Positions 9,404 through 18,189 of a stretch of DNA of 50,812 nucleotides are shown here, in pieces (within the stretch, counting starts at the first letter, position 1; every line of letters begins with the position of its first letter). Origin of the DNA: Clostridia bacterium (lineage in GTDB: Bacteria; Bacillota; Clostridia; Oscillospirales; CAG-272); the NCBI GenBank assembly GCA_017648085.1, contig JAGCJI010000108.1, forward strand, positions 1-50,812. Direction: 5' to 3'. Made by a program: the position numbers and the translations under genes. Under the pieces are notes generated by a model that was given only the letters and a program-made list of their open reading frames with translations, did not search any database and was not told the DNA's origin.

Positions 9404-9466
9404 AGATAAGTGCCGAAGGCCCGGGAAATTAAAAATTCAGCGCAGTCGCGGTCCGTTCATTCTTGC
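9404..9466 (+). repeat. 63-nt leader element, copy A2 (sense within the oxidoreductase 5' UTR)
   Basis: Starts AGATAAGTGCCGAAGGC and ends TCTTGC. Flanked by GCAAGAA (9397-9403), which is complementary to TTCTTGC (9460-9466). Confidence 0.6.
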
Positions 9467-9488
9467 TGATATGAAAGGAATCTTTATT

Positions 9489-10445
9489 ATGCTTAAAATT
9501 GCTATCGTAGGCACAGGCCACATCGTTACGTCCCACATTGCCGGTATTAGCGTGCTTGACGACGTAGAGCTTGTAGCCGTGTGCGACATAAACGAGGAGA
9601 GGGCGAAGGAGTATTCCGAAAAGTGCGGTGTGCCCTACGTTCTTGATTACAAGGAGCTGCCCGGCAAGGTTGATTTTGATGCGGTAATTCTCAACCTTCC
9701 GCACGGACTTCACTGTGAGGCAAGCGAATTTTTCCTTGACGCAGGCAAGCACGTGCTTGTTGAAAAGCCTATGGCTAACACAGTCGAGGAGTGCGAAAGA
9801 ATGATTGCGGCGGCGGAGCGCAACGGAAAAAAGCTTGCGATAGCTCACGTGCAAAGATATGTAACTGCCGTTCAAAAGGCAAAGGAAATTTACGAGTCGG
9901 GAGAGCTTGGCAAGCTGTGTATGTATACTGAATACAGAAGCGGAGAGTATTTTGGACCGAACAGACCCGGCTGGTTCTTCAACAAAAAAATGGCGGGCGG
10001 CGGAATCGGTATGAACTATCTTGCGCACACCTTTGACAGAGTCTTTTCGGTTATCGGAAATCAGGAGATCGTATCGCTTGACGCGCAGTGCGGCAACCTT
10101 GCAACCGACCATGAGGTTGAGGGGCATATTCAGGTTTTTGCTAAATTTGACAGCGGCGTCAGCGCGGCAATATCGCTGAACGGATACACCTCTACCGGCT
10201 ATGAGTGCTACTTCCACTATACTAATGGCTCGGTAAAGCTTACTGCTAAAAAGATTGAGGTCAACCGTGCGGACGGCAACGGCTTCGTTCCCGTTGAGCT
10301 GGAAAAGGGCATTCACACCTTTGCACAGGAGATAGACGCCTTCCACAGATATATAAAGGGAGAGCCGACTGACATTCCGGACGGAAAATACAGTATGGCT
10401 ATTATCGACGCGATACAGGTTGCATACGAAAAGAGCGGATATTGA
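9489..10445 (+). CDS. Gfo/Idh/MocA family oxidoreductase
   Basis: MLKIAIVGTGHI Rossmann N-terminus and EKPMA motif. ATG 9489 has an AAAGGA RBS. ORF-track start 9471 lacks an RBS. Confidence 0.85.
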   Translation: MLKIAIVGTGHIVTSHIAGISVLDDVELVAVCDINEERAKEYSEKCGVPYVLDYKELPGKVDFDAVILNLPHGLHCEASEFFLDAGKHVLVEKPMANTVEECERMIAAAERNGKKLAIAHVQRYVTAVQKAKEIYESGELGKLCMYTEYRSGEYFGPNRPGWFFNKKMAGGGIGMNYLAHTFDRVFSVIGNQEIVSLDAQCGNLATDHEVEGHIQVFAKFDSGVSAAISLNGYTSTGYECYFHYTNGSVKLTAKKIEVNRADGNGFVPVELEKGIHTFAQEIDAFHRYIKGEPTDIPDGKYSMAIIDAIQVAYEKSGY

Positions 10446-10512
10446 GGCGCATTTTTGGATAACTTAATAAAAGCAAAGAGAGACACTGTGAATGCAGCGC
10501 CTCTCTTTATAT

Positions 10513-10550
10513 GAAAAAGCCGAGGCAGGAAATCCTGCCTCGGTAATTTT
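10513..10550. terminator. bidirectional terminator
   Basis: AGCCGAGGCAGG / CCTGCCTCGGT hairpin flanked by an A-run and a T-run. Ends the minus-strand operon and the oxidoreductase gene. Confidence 0.75.
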
Positions 10551-10562
10551 TCGTTTTAGGTA

Positions 10563-13500
10563 TTATTCAACTGCGGAGTAGATAACAACAATTTTTTCTA
10601 CTCTCCAATGTCCGCTGGTAGCGGTGTTAGTAAGAACAACACTTGCAGTGCCGTCTGCAGGGATTACTGTAACAGTTGTTGTGTCAAGTCCTGTTGCAGT
10701 GCCGTTTGTTACTGTGCAGGTTGCAGAAGGAATCTTGTTGCTCGATCCGGTGGTTATAACGATAGATTCAATTTTGTAACCGGAAGCTACAGAAATCGTA
10801 AGAGAGTTCTTGGAATAAAATCTTAATGCCGAACCGGAAGTATAGTACTTGGGTCCGTTGTTTCCGCTATTTTTTTCAGCTGAGATGGTAACTTCCTGAA
10901 TGGTTTTACTAGCAAAATCCTGAGCATTTGTGTATCCAAGGTTAGATGAAACAAGTGTTACTTCTGTGCCTTGTGGCTTGGGAGCGTTGATAGTTACATA
11001 GAAAGTCTTTGTTATACTTGCTTCACCAACTACAATAGTAGCAGTAAGTGTTACAGTAGTGTTTACCGTAGGAATGTTGGATACTACAAGACCGTCAGCG
11101 GTGATAGTAGCATACTCATTCTCGGAAACGGTCCAAGTGATGGTTGCACCGTTAGATTCGCCTACGAGAGCGGTGGTGCCCGCCTCGGTGATAGAGGTTG
11201 CGGGTGCAGAGATAGCTTCTCTTGCAATAGCAGCCTTCTGTGCATCGGTAAGAGTTGCGGATGCATCTACATTTGCAAGCAAGGCGCCGGTGTTAAACTC
11301 GATCTTTCCGTTGTAGTTGGTGAGATCGCCGGTAACGGTGATTACGTCGCCAACCTTGAGTGCGGAAAGCTTTGCAAGCTCGTCTGCGTTATTCTTGTCA
11401 GCTACGGTCAGACGGAAGCACTCAATAGGCTTGTCTGCGTTTGCAACTACGATAGTAACGGTGATGTTCTTGTAGCCGGAGTCATACTTGGTGTCGATTC
11501 TGATGATAGCACCGGTAAGGGTCATGCCGGAGATGGTTTCACCCTTTGCAAGCTCGTAAGCAAGGTCAACGATCTCAGCCTGAGTAAGAGCCTTAAGCTT
11601 AATCTTGAATTCCTTGGTAACGGTTGCTTCGTTAAGAGTATAGGTTGCTGTAAGGGTAAGCTCAACAATTTCAGAAGGAATGGAGCTTACAACGAGGTTG
11701 CCGCCATCAACGGTAGCGTAGTCGTTAGTGTTAACTGCCCAGCTGATAGTGATATCGGTATTAGCACCGGTGGTGGGAAGAGCTACGTTGCCGGGAAGGC
11801 TTACGATGTCCTTATCAAGCTTGGAAGCATACTTTTCAACCTCAAGCTTCTGTGCATCGGTAAGACCGGTGGTGGTGTCTACTGCCTCAAGAGTACAGTT
11901 TGCATCAAACTCGATGGTGCCGTTGTAGTTCTTAAGTATACCGTTAACGGTAACTATATCGCCAGCCTTAAGCGCTTGAAGCTGTGCAAGCTGAGCTGCA
12001 TCGTCCTTATTTACTGCGGTCATGCGGTAGCAGAGGATGGGCTTGTCGATAAGGTTTTCAACTACGATAACGATGGAGATATTCTTGTACTGGGAGTTGT
12101 AAGCGGAATCAATTGCAAGAATATAACCGGTGAGGGAGTACTTCTCGGTAAGAGCAGTATCCTTTGCAAGAGCATATGCCATATTTACGATATCAGCCTG
12201 GGAGAGAGCCTTAAGGGTAATCTCGAAGGTTGCGGTATCGGTGGTTGTGCCAACTGCAAGAGTTGCGGTAAGAGTAATGGTGGTATTAGATGCGGGAACG
12301 CCGCTGACTACGAGCTTGCCATCAACGATGGAAGCAAGGTCGCTGCCGGAAACTGCCCAAGAGATAGCAACGTCGCTATAGGTAGTACCTGCGGTTGCAA
12401 GGTCGATCGAGGTTGCCTCGGAAATTACTGTAGCGGGAGCCTTAAGATCTGCCTTCTCGGTTGCAATCTTATCATCGGCAGGGATGCTCTCAAGGTCAAC
12501 CATGGTTACAAGCTGGCCGGGGAAGGAGGTAGAAATCTTGGATATCTTAGATGCGGAGAAGGTGTTGTAGGTGCCGTAAGTACCGATATAGTAGGTGTCC
12601 TCGCCAATAGTGGTGGTGAAGGTCTTGTATTCGGTATTGAATGCAAATACGCTTGCTTCAGCAACGTCGGTCTTGAATACAACGTTGATGTAGGTCTTCA
12701 TCTCACCGTTAGACTCTTTGGTTTCAGACTCAATCGCAAGATACTGCTTGGTTCCGCCAAGAGTGAAGGTGAGGTAGTAGCCGCCGGTTGCAGCTTCAAG
12801 ATATACGTCTGGAGCTGTGCTATAGTTCTCTGTGGTGCCGTAATAGTAGCTGTTCATAGCACCGGTAAAGTAAAGGTTCTTACCAAGGTTTGCCTGCTTT
12901 ATGTAAAGCTTGTATGCAGTGCCAACTACGGGGTTGTCAACTACAGCGGGAACGATAGTGGGAATCTTGGGAACTGATATTTCAAATTCCTTGGTGTCGC
13001 TCTCTTCGCCGCAGGTGATCGTTGCCTTTACGGTGACGGAGGTAGCTGCCTTCTGAAGTGTGATGTTAAGCTTGTCGCCTTCGATGGCAGCAGCAGCGGT
13101 CTCGCCAACTACTTCCCAAGTGATCGTTACGTCGCTGTAGCTTGCGCCGGTGCCGTGAAGAGTGATGCTGTAGTTATCGGTTGCTGTTTCGTTGCCGGAG
13201 ATGGAAAGGTCAGCCTTTTCCTTTTCAACCTTCTGTGCGGGAGTCTTTTCAACTATATTGATGCTCGAGGTCTTAGCAAACTTTGCGGGGAACTGCTCGG
13301 AGTCGATCTTCGATGCGTTAGAGCCGGTGATGTAGCTTGCCTTAGATGCGGAGAAGGTGGTCCAGGTGTCGTAAGTACCAAGGTAGTACTGGGTTTCGTC
13401 TATGGTAGCAAAGAACACCTTAATGGTGTCGTCGTAGGTAAATACCATGCTCGGCTCGGTTGTGAGCTGAGGACGAATTTTGTCGTTAGAATTCTTGTAG

Positions 13501-14099
13501 ATCTGGATGTAGGTCTTGGTGGTTCCGTCCATAAAGTAGAGTCTGTAGCCACCTTCAGCCTCTTCGCTGAACACGTCGGGGGAAACGGAGGGATCCTCGG
13601 TGGTGCCGAGATATTCGCCGCTCATCTTGCCGTTGAAGAAGAGGATCTTACCAAGTATAGCCTGGTTGAGATAGAACTTGTAAGCGGTTCCTGCAACAGG
13701 CTTTTCGTTACCCATCTTTTCCTGCGGAATTACGCGGTCGAAGGATACGGTCTTGGTGTTGCCCTTCGCATCCTTAATGGTTGCGGTAAGGGTGTAGTTA
13801 ACGTCAGCTTCATTGCTCTGGGTAATTTCAATCTTTACCTTATTACCTTCGGGAGCGTTGATCTTAACGTTAGCTGCGTTGGTCGCTTCCCAAGTGATAG
13901 TGAATACCTCGGAGCCAACCATAACCTGGCTAACTACCTCGTAGTCCTTGGCAGTGTTAACGGTGTCCTTGTACATGGTGAACACGATTTCCTTCGCCTT
14001 GTCAAGAGGGGTGGGACCCTTTTCACCGCAGGCAGAAAGCACTGCGACGGAGGAAATGAGAAGCATGAGAACAAGAAGACATGAGATAATCTTTTTCAT
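10563..14099 (-). CDS. 1178-aa modular surface lipoprotein with Ig-like, duplicated unknown, duplicated OB-fold-like and C-terminal modules
   Basis: Lipobox VLSAC. Five TITW/ISWAV Ig-like modules. Two GTAYK[FL]Y...YY[LI]GTY...TFSASK modules. Two modules with L[ST]G.I..ID..Y...YKNI.[IV].IVV......I.C[YF]R.....D...L..L.AL K.GD..TV.G.L.NYNG.IEF (OB-like). Last gene of the nuclease/ABC operon. Confidence 0.7.
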   Translation of the reverse strand: MKKIISCLLVLMLLISSVAVLSACGEKGPTPLDKAKEIVFTMYKDTVNTAKDYEVVSQVMVGSEVFTITWEATNAANVKINAPEGNKVKIEITQSNEADVNYTLTATIKDAKGNTKTVSFDRVIPQEKMGNEKPVAGTAYKFYLNQAILGKILFFNGKMSGEYLGTTEDPSVSPDVFSEEAEGGYRLYFMDGTTKTYIQIYKNSNDKIRPQLTTEPSMVFTYDDTIKVFFATIDETQYYLGTYDTWTTFSASKASYITGSNASKIDSEQFPAKFAKTSSINIVEKTPAQKVEKEKADLSISGNETATDNYSITLHGTGASYSDVTITWEVVGETAAAAIEGDKLNITLQKAATSVTVKATITCGEESDTKEFEISVPKIPTIVPAVVDNPVVGTAYKLYIKQANLGKNLYFTGAMNSYYYGTTENYSTAPDVYLEAATGGYYLTFTLGGTKQYLAIESETKESNGEMKTYINVVFKTDVAEASVFAFNTEYKTFTTTIGEDTYYIGTYGTYNTFSASKISKISTSFPGQLVTMVDLESIPADDKIATEKADLKAPATVISEATSIDLATAGTTYSDVAISWAVSGSDLASIVDGKLVVSGVPASNTTITLTATLAVGTTTDTATFEITLKALSQADIVNMAYALAKDTALTEKYSLTGYILAIDSAYNSQYKNISIVIVVENLIDKPILCYRMTAVNKDDAAQLAQLQALKAGDIVTVNGILKNYNGTIEFDANCTLEAVDTTTGLTDAQKLEVEKYASKLDKDIVSLPGNVALPTTGANTDITISWAVNTNDYATVDGGNLVVSSIPSEIVELTLTATYTLNEATVTKEFKIKLKALTQAEIVDLAYELAKGETISGMTLTGAIIRIDTKYDSGYKNITVTIVVANADKPIECFRLTVADKNNADELAKLSALKVGDVITVTGDLTNYNGKIEFNTGALLANVDASATLTDAQKAAIAREAISAPATSITEAGTTALVGESNGATITWTVSENEYATITADGLVVSNIPTVNTTVTLTATIVVGEASITKTFYVTINAPKPQGTEVTLVSSNLGYTNAQDFASKTIQEVTISAEKNSGNNGPKYYTSGSALRFYSKNSLTISVASGYKIESIVITTGSSNKIPSATCTVTNGTATGLDTTTVTVIPADGTASVVLTNTATSGHWRVEKIVVIYSAVE

Positions 14100-14126
14100 T
14101 GCTTTTCTCCTTTTGATATTTTGTTT

Positions 14127-15530
14127 TTATTTGATTGTAATATCGTTAAGTGAAAATACCTTGATCTGATATGAGCCGGAGAAGGCGTCAACCATTCCCT
14201 TAACGCTGATGGTCTTGCCCTTGAAATATTCGCCGGTTATCAGATTGCCACTTTCATCGTGGAGAACTACCGTACGAACGGCGATCTCGGTGCCGTCGCT
14301 TGCGGTGCAGTAAAGAGTCATTGCACCCTCGTTTGCGCTCTCCTCGTTGGTAGTGGTGGTGTATCTATTGACGGTAAGTCCGTCCATAGAAACCGTTGTG
14401 TTCATCGCCAGAGCTGCAAAGTCAAACGTCTTTGTTACCTCTGTGACGTTATCGCCCTCGCCTTGAAGAAGGGTAAGGGTGATTTTTTTGTTTTGGAAGT
14501 CGTTTGCGGTAACGGGCATATACGCTGCCTCGTTGCCGTCGCTTATCTTCTGAAGGTTGGAGGGATCGTTCGGCTTCATTATCTTATACTGGAGGTCAAT
14601 TATCTGATAGGTTTGACCTGTAGAATAATAAGAAACCTTACCGACGACTCTTACCTCGTTACCGACGGTAAGAATTTCCCAGCCCTCGCCGTTGAGGTTA
14701 AATCCGCAGTAAACCGCCATACCGTAGTACATATCGGTTTCCTCGTCGTAGGATTCAACGTAAACGCTGTTGTTGTTGCTGATCGTAACTACGCCGGTGA
14801 AGGCAACCTTCTTTCCGTCGTACTGTGCGATATTAGCACGAAGCTCCTTGAGGTCGAGCTCTATTGCATCGCCGTAGTAGAAGTCGGGGTCGGGCTGCTT
14901 TGACTGAATATTCAGCTTCTGAGCCTTTGCCTGTGCTATCGCAGACGTACCGATGCTGCCGTAACGGGTAGCCGCGGTATTGGATGCTATCGCAAGTCCG
15001 TTTTGAAGAAGCTCTATGTTGAGGTTACGGTAGGTGTCGGAGTCTTGGGGCTTGTACCAGATCCAGAGAAGGTATCTGTCGCCCGTGGAGTCCACGTTCC
15101 AGTTCTCGTCGTTAGACTCGATAATTATCGAGGTAGCAGTCTCGAGCTTGCTTTTTGTAAAGGCAGATGCCTTTTTACCCCATTCCTCAATCTTACCGGT
15201 GGACTCGGGTGTGTCAACGGCAAGGAATCTTGCCTTAACGACGCCGCCCGTGCCAAGTCCCGGCTCGGAGGTGTAGAAATGAACGGTATCACCGTCTACG
15301 TAGATCTTGACAGAAACGTTCGCTTTCTTGGTGGGGGCGCTCATATCAAGCTTCGCTTCGGTTGCCCAGTCCTTTTCTTCTGCTTTGACCTTTTCGCCGC
15401 AATCCTTGCATATACCGAGTGCTACGTTTTTATGCTCGCATGGCGGCTCCTCCCCGCCGCCGCAAGCGGCAAGGGAGGTCACGATGATGCAAATTAAGAG
15501 TAAGAGTGATAAAAATCTTACGTTTTTCAT
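14127..15530 (-). CDS. thermonuclease (SNase) family lipoprotein with C-terminal OB-fold domains
   Basis: Lipobox SLAAC. SNase core VDGDTVHFY...VKARFLAVDTPES...GDRYLLWIWY...NIELLQNGLA. Followed by an OB-like region KKVAFTGVVT...VRVVGKVSYY. Confidence 0.85.
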   Translation of the reverse strand: MKNVRFLSLLLLICIIVTSLAACGGGEEPPCEHKNVALGICKDCGEKVKAEEKDWATEAKLDMSAPTKKANVSVKIYVDGDTVHFYTSEPGLGTGGVVKARFLAVDTPESTGKIEEWGKKASAFTKSKLETATSIIIESNDENWNVDSTGDRYLLWIWYKPQDSDTYRNLNIELLQNGLAIASNTAATRYGSIGTSAIAQAKAQKLNIQSKQPDPDFYYGDAIELDLKELRANIAQYDGKKVAFTGVVTISNNNSVYVESYDEETDMYYGMAVYCGFNLNGEGWEILTVGNEVRVVGKVSYYSTGQTYQIIDLQYKIMKPNDPSNLQKISDGNEAAYMPVTANDFQNKKITLTLLQGEGDNVTEVTKTFDFAALAMNTTVSMDGLTVNRYTTTTNEESANEGAMTLYCTASDGTEIAVRTVVLHDESGNLITGEYFKGKTISVKGMVDAFSGSYQIKVFSLNDITIK

Positions 15531-15568
15531 TGTTTTACTTTTCTTTTAGTGGATTTTGTACGCGGTGG

Positions 15569-16984
15569 TTAGCCTGCGTATTCACACTCTTCAATAGCTT
15601 CCTTGAACGCTGCGTTGATAAGCTTATCAACGTCTCCGCCGTAAGAATCAGCACTTGCAGAGAGGCACTTGATGAAGAGGAGCTCTACCTGGGTACGAGC
15701 GGTAGAGGAGCCGTTGAATGCAGGAGAGGTGTAGTATGCAGCCTGCTGCTCAAGGCAAACCTTTGCGGAAAGAGCGGTTACGTAGTTGTAGCCGTCAGCC
15801 TTTGCGGTGAACGCTGCGTAAAGCTCGTTTTCAGCAACGGACTTAAGAACGGGAACGTAGCCGGATTCCATAGAGAACTCTGCCTGGAACTCAACGGAGG
15901 TGGTAAGGAACTTAACGAAGAGCCAGGAAGCAAGAACCTTCTGGGGATCTTCGTTCTGGAAGATACAGAGAGAGGGACCCTGGGAGATAACCTTCGGCTT
16001 CTCGGGGTTGATCTGAGGAACGGAGGTGATTCCTACCTCAAATGCAGCGTCAGCAGGCTTCTGGTGAGAAGCACCTGCGGAAGAACCGATACACATATAG
16101 CTCTTGGTTTCGCCCTGCTTGGTTTCGGTGAAGAGTGCGGAGGTGTAACCGCCGTGGATGGTCTGAGTGGTCACGTAACCCTTGTCATACCAGCTTCTGA
16201 ACATCTTAACGAAGTTCTTGTTGGTCTTGTTGTTGAAGAGGTAGTGGTCACCGCTTGCGCTGGTGTAGTCGGAGCCGTACTGCTCGCACATGGTGATGAA
16301 CCAGTTAGCCTCGGAGTCGTAGCCGAGAGGAATAGAGGTGGGATCGATTGCCTTGATCTTCTTGCAGGTCTCTTCAAGCTCTGCCCAAGTGGTGGGAACC
16401 TTGAGATCATGCTCTTCGAAGAAGGTCTTGTTGTAGTAAAGAACCTCTGTGGACTTCGAGAAGGGAAGGGTGTACATAAGTCCGTTGCCGAACTGACGTC
16501 CCTCATCGTAGTAGCCCTTGATGAAATCGTTTACCTGAGCGCTGGTAAAGCCGAGAGTTTCGGTAGTACCGTCTGCGCGGTTAACGGTGATGGTGCTTTC
16601 CATAAGGGGATCGAGGGTAACTACTGCACCTGCGAGGTTGTAGAGAGCAACGTGGTCAGGATAGCAGTAAGCGATGTTGGGCTGAGTTCCAACAGAGATC
16701 TCGGTGGAGATCTGGTCGCGAACGTCGTCGTAACCGCCGACCTGCTCGTGAACTACCTTGATGTTGGGGTAGAGCTTGTTGAATTCTACGATGTAATCAT
16801 CGAGAACCGCGCGAAGGTTTTCACCCATGGTGTGGTAGAAGGTAATCGTAACTTCCTCTTCGGTGTTGAAGCCTTCAGCAGGAACAACGAAGTTAGGCAT
16901 TGCACCGCCACCGCAGGAGGTGAGGGTTGCGCCGCAAAGCACGATCATGGTGATTGCGAGAAGAAGCGATAAAATTTTCTTCAT
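15569..16984 (-). CDS. ABC transporter substrate-binding lipoprotein (family 1 / CUT1 type)
   Basis: Lipobox LTSCGGG. 471 aa with the overall pattern of a sugar/glycerophosphodiester-type extracellular solute-binding protein. Adjacent to MalFG-like permeases. Confidence 0.8.
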   Translation of the reverse strand: MKKILSLLLAITMIVLCGATLTSCGGGAMPNFVVPAEGFNTEEEVTITFYHTMGENLRAVLDDYIVEFNKLYPNIKVVHEQVGGYDDVRDQISTEISVGTQPNIAYCYPDHVALYNLAGAVVTLDPLMESTITVNRADGTTETLGFTSAQVNDFIKGYYDEGRQFGNGLMYTLPFSKSTEVLYYNKTFFEEHDLKVPTTWAELEETCKKIKAIDPTSIPLGYDSEANWFITMCEQYGSDYTSASGDHYLFNNKTNKNFVKMFRSWYDKGYVTTQTIHGGYTSALFTETKQGETKSYMCIGSSAGASHQKPADAAFEVGITSVPQINPEKPKVISQGPSLCIFQNEDPQKVLASWLFVKFLTTSVEFQAEFSMESGYVPVLKSVAENELYAAFTAKADGYNYVTALSAKVCLEQQAAYYTSPAFNGSSTARTQVELLFIKCLSASADSYGGDVDKLINAAFKEAIEECEYAG

Positions 16985-17039
16985 TTTCTTTTCCTTTGCC
17001 TTTCTTAATATTTGTTTTTAGTATGTTTTGTATTTTATG

Positions 17040-17059
17040 CCGCGCGGGTTACCCCGCGC
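17040..17059 (-). promoter_or_regulatory. intercistronic GC hairpin (GUAA loop on the mRNA strand) between the permease and SBP genes
   Basis: CGCGCGGG-TTAC-CCCGCGCG on the plus strand. On the minus-strand transcript the loop reads GUAA. Confidence 0.5.
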
Positions 17060-17073
17060 GAGCTTAAAATCGT

Positions 17074-18177
17074 TTATCCCTTGATTCCGCTTCTGGAAAC
17101 GCCCTTCATAATATACTTACGAAGGAAGATGAATACGAGGAACAGAGGTGCCGATACGATGGCAACGGCTGCCATCTGTACGGGGAAGTTGACGTCGCCC
17201 GACGCGTTGGTGAACGCGTTACGGAGTCCGTTGGTGATAAGTCTGTGCGCTTCGTCATTTGCAACGAGTCTCGGCCAGACGTACGAGTTCCACGCACCCA
17301 TCATCTTAAGAATGGTGATGGATATAAGCGTAGGCAGTGCCAGCGGTATCATAACCTTCCAAAGATACTTTAAGTCACCGGTACCGTCAACCTTCGCCGC
17401 AAGGTAAAGCTCGTTCGGTATCTGCATAAAGTTCTGACGTAAAAGGTAGATATAGAATACGCTGACGAGGAAGGGAACTATCAATACCGTGAAGGTGTTT
17501 CTCCAGCCGAACACGGTAACCGTAGAGTAGTTCGTGATGGTGAAAAGCTCACCCGGGATCATCATGGTTGCAAGAAGAGCTGCAAACAGAGCATCCTTAC
17601 CCTTGAATTCAAGGCGCGCAAACGCAAACGCCGTAAGAACGGTGATTACGAGAGATGCAATGGTAGAAACAAGTCCTACGTAAAGGGTATTGAGGAAGAG
17701 TCTGCCAAGCTTTGCGGTTTCAAATGCTTCCTTGTAGTTAGACCAGAGAATCTTTCTCGGCCAGAAGGTAGGAACGGCAAGCTTGTACTCGGTAAGATCC
17801 TTAAGGGAGGAGATTATCATCCAATAGAACGGGAACAGGACTATGATAGCCATTATTCCGAGGAAGGTGTAAAGTGCGATATAGACGAGTATCTTCATCG
17901 CCTTCGGAGAGGTGCGGAGCCATACGAAGAACTTCTTCGTGCCGCCGATCACCAATTCCTTTACGAACACTTTACCGAACCAGGGGAAGAACTTGTCCTT
18001 CGGGTTGCGGTAGAGCTTCAAGCAGTAGATCGCGGCGCAGGCAACGAGGAAGAGCTCAACGCCGTAGGCGATAGTAAGAGCTGCATTTCCGTAGCAGGCG
18101 GAGACGATCAGAAAGATCAGGGAGAGGGGAATAAGAGCCGCCAAAACTATAAGAGCAATAAGCTTTATTTTCTTCAT
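17074..18177 (-). CDS. ABC transporter permease (MalG/UgpE-like) with ~100-aa N-terminal membrane extension
   Basis: Binding-protein-dependent transport signature region (AAKVDGTGDLKYLWKVMIPLALP). ATG 18177 lies 7 nt after GGAGG. The ORF track uses GTG 18183. Confidence 0.85.
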   Translation of the reverse strand: MKKIKLIALIVLAALIPLSLIFLIVSACYGNAALTIAYGVELFLVACAAIYCLKLYRNPKDKFFPWFGKVFVKELVIGGTKKFFVWLRTSPKAMKILVYIALYTFLGIMAIIVLFPFYWMIISSLKDLTEYKLAVPTFWPRKILWSNYKEAFETAKLGRLFLNTLYVGLVSTIASLVITVLTAFAFARLEFKGKDALFAALLATMMIPGELFTITNYSTVTVFGWRNTFTVLIVPFLVSVFYIYLLRQNFMQIPNELYLAAKVDGTGDLKYLWKVMIPLALPTLISITILKMMGAWNSYVWPRLVANDEAHRLITNGLRNAFTNASGDVNFPVQMAAVAIVSAPLFLVFIFLRKYIMKGVSRSGIKG

Positions 18178-18189
18178 TCTCACACCTCC

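Noticed and set aside
9204-9466. The duplicated 63-nt element considered as a tandem riboswitch or aptamer.
   Set aside because: The two copies do not share a common fold in register. A2 is closed by flanking GCAAGAA/TTCTTGC, while A1 pairs internally. Copy A1 also lies upstream of the mapped plus-strand promoter. It is kept only as a repeat and possible antisense or protein-binding element.
10971-12977. Very long antisense ORFs: 10971-12977 (+), 13155-14084 (+), 15506-16972 (+), 38772-39809 (-), 9429-10346 (-), 1598-2455 (+), 28206-28805 (-), 28943-29605 (-).
   Set aside because: Each lies opposite a gene with clear family motifs, a signal peptide or lipobox, and an RBS. Their translations are low-complexity (Gly/Val/Cys-rich) with no recognisable motif and no RBS. 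This is the typical shadow-ORF artefact of codon bias.
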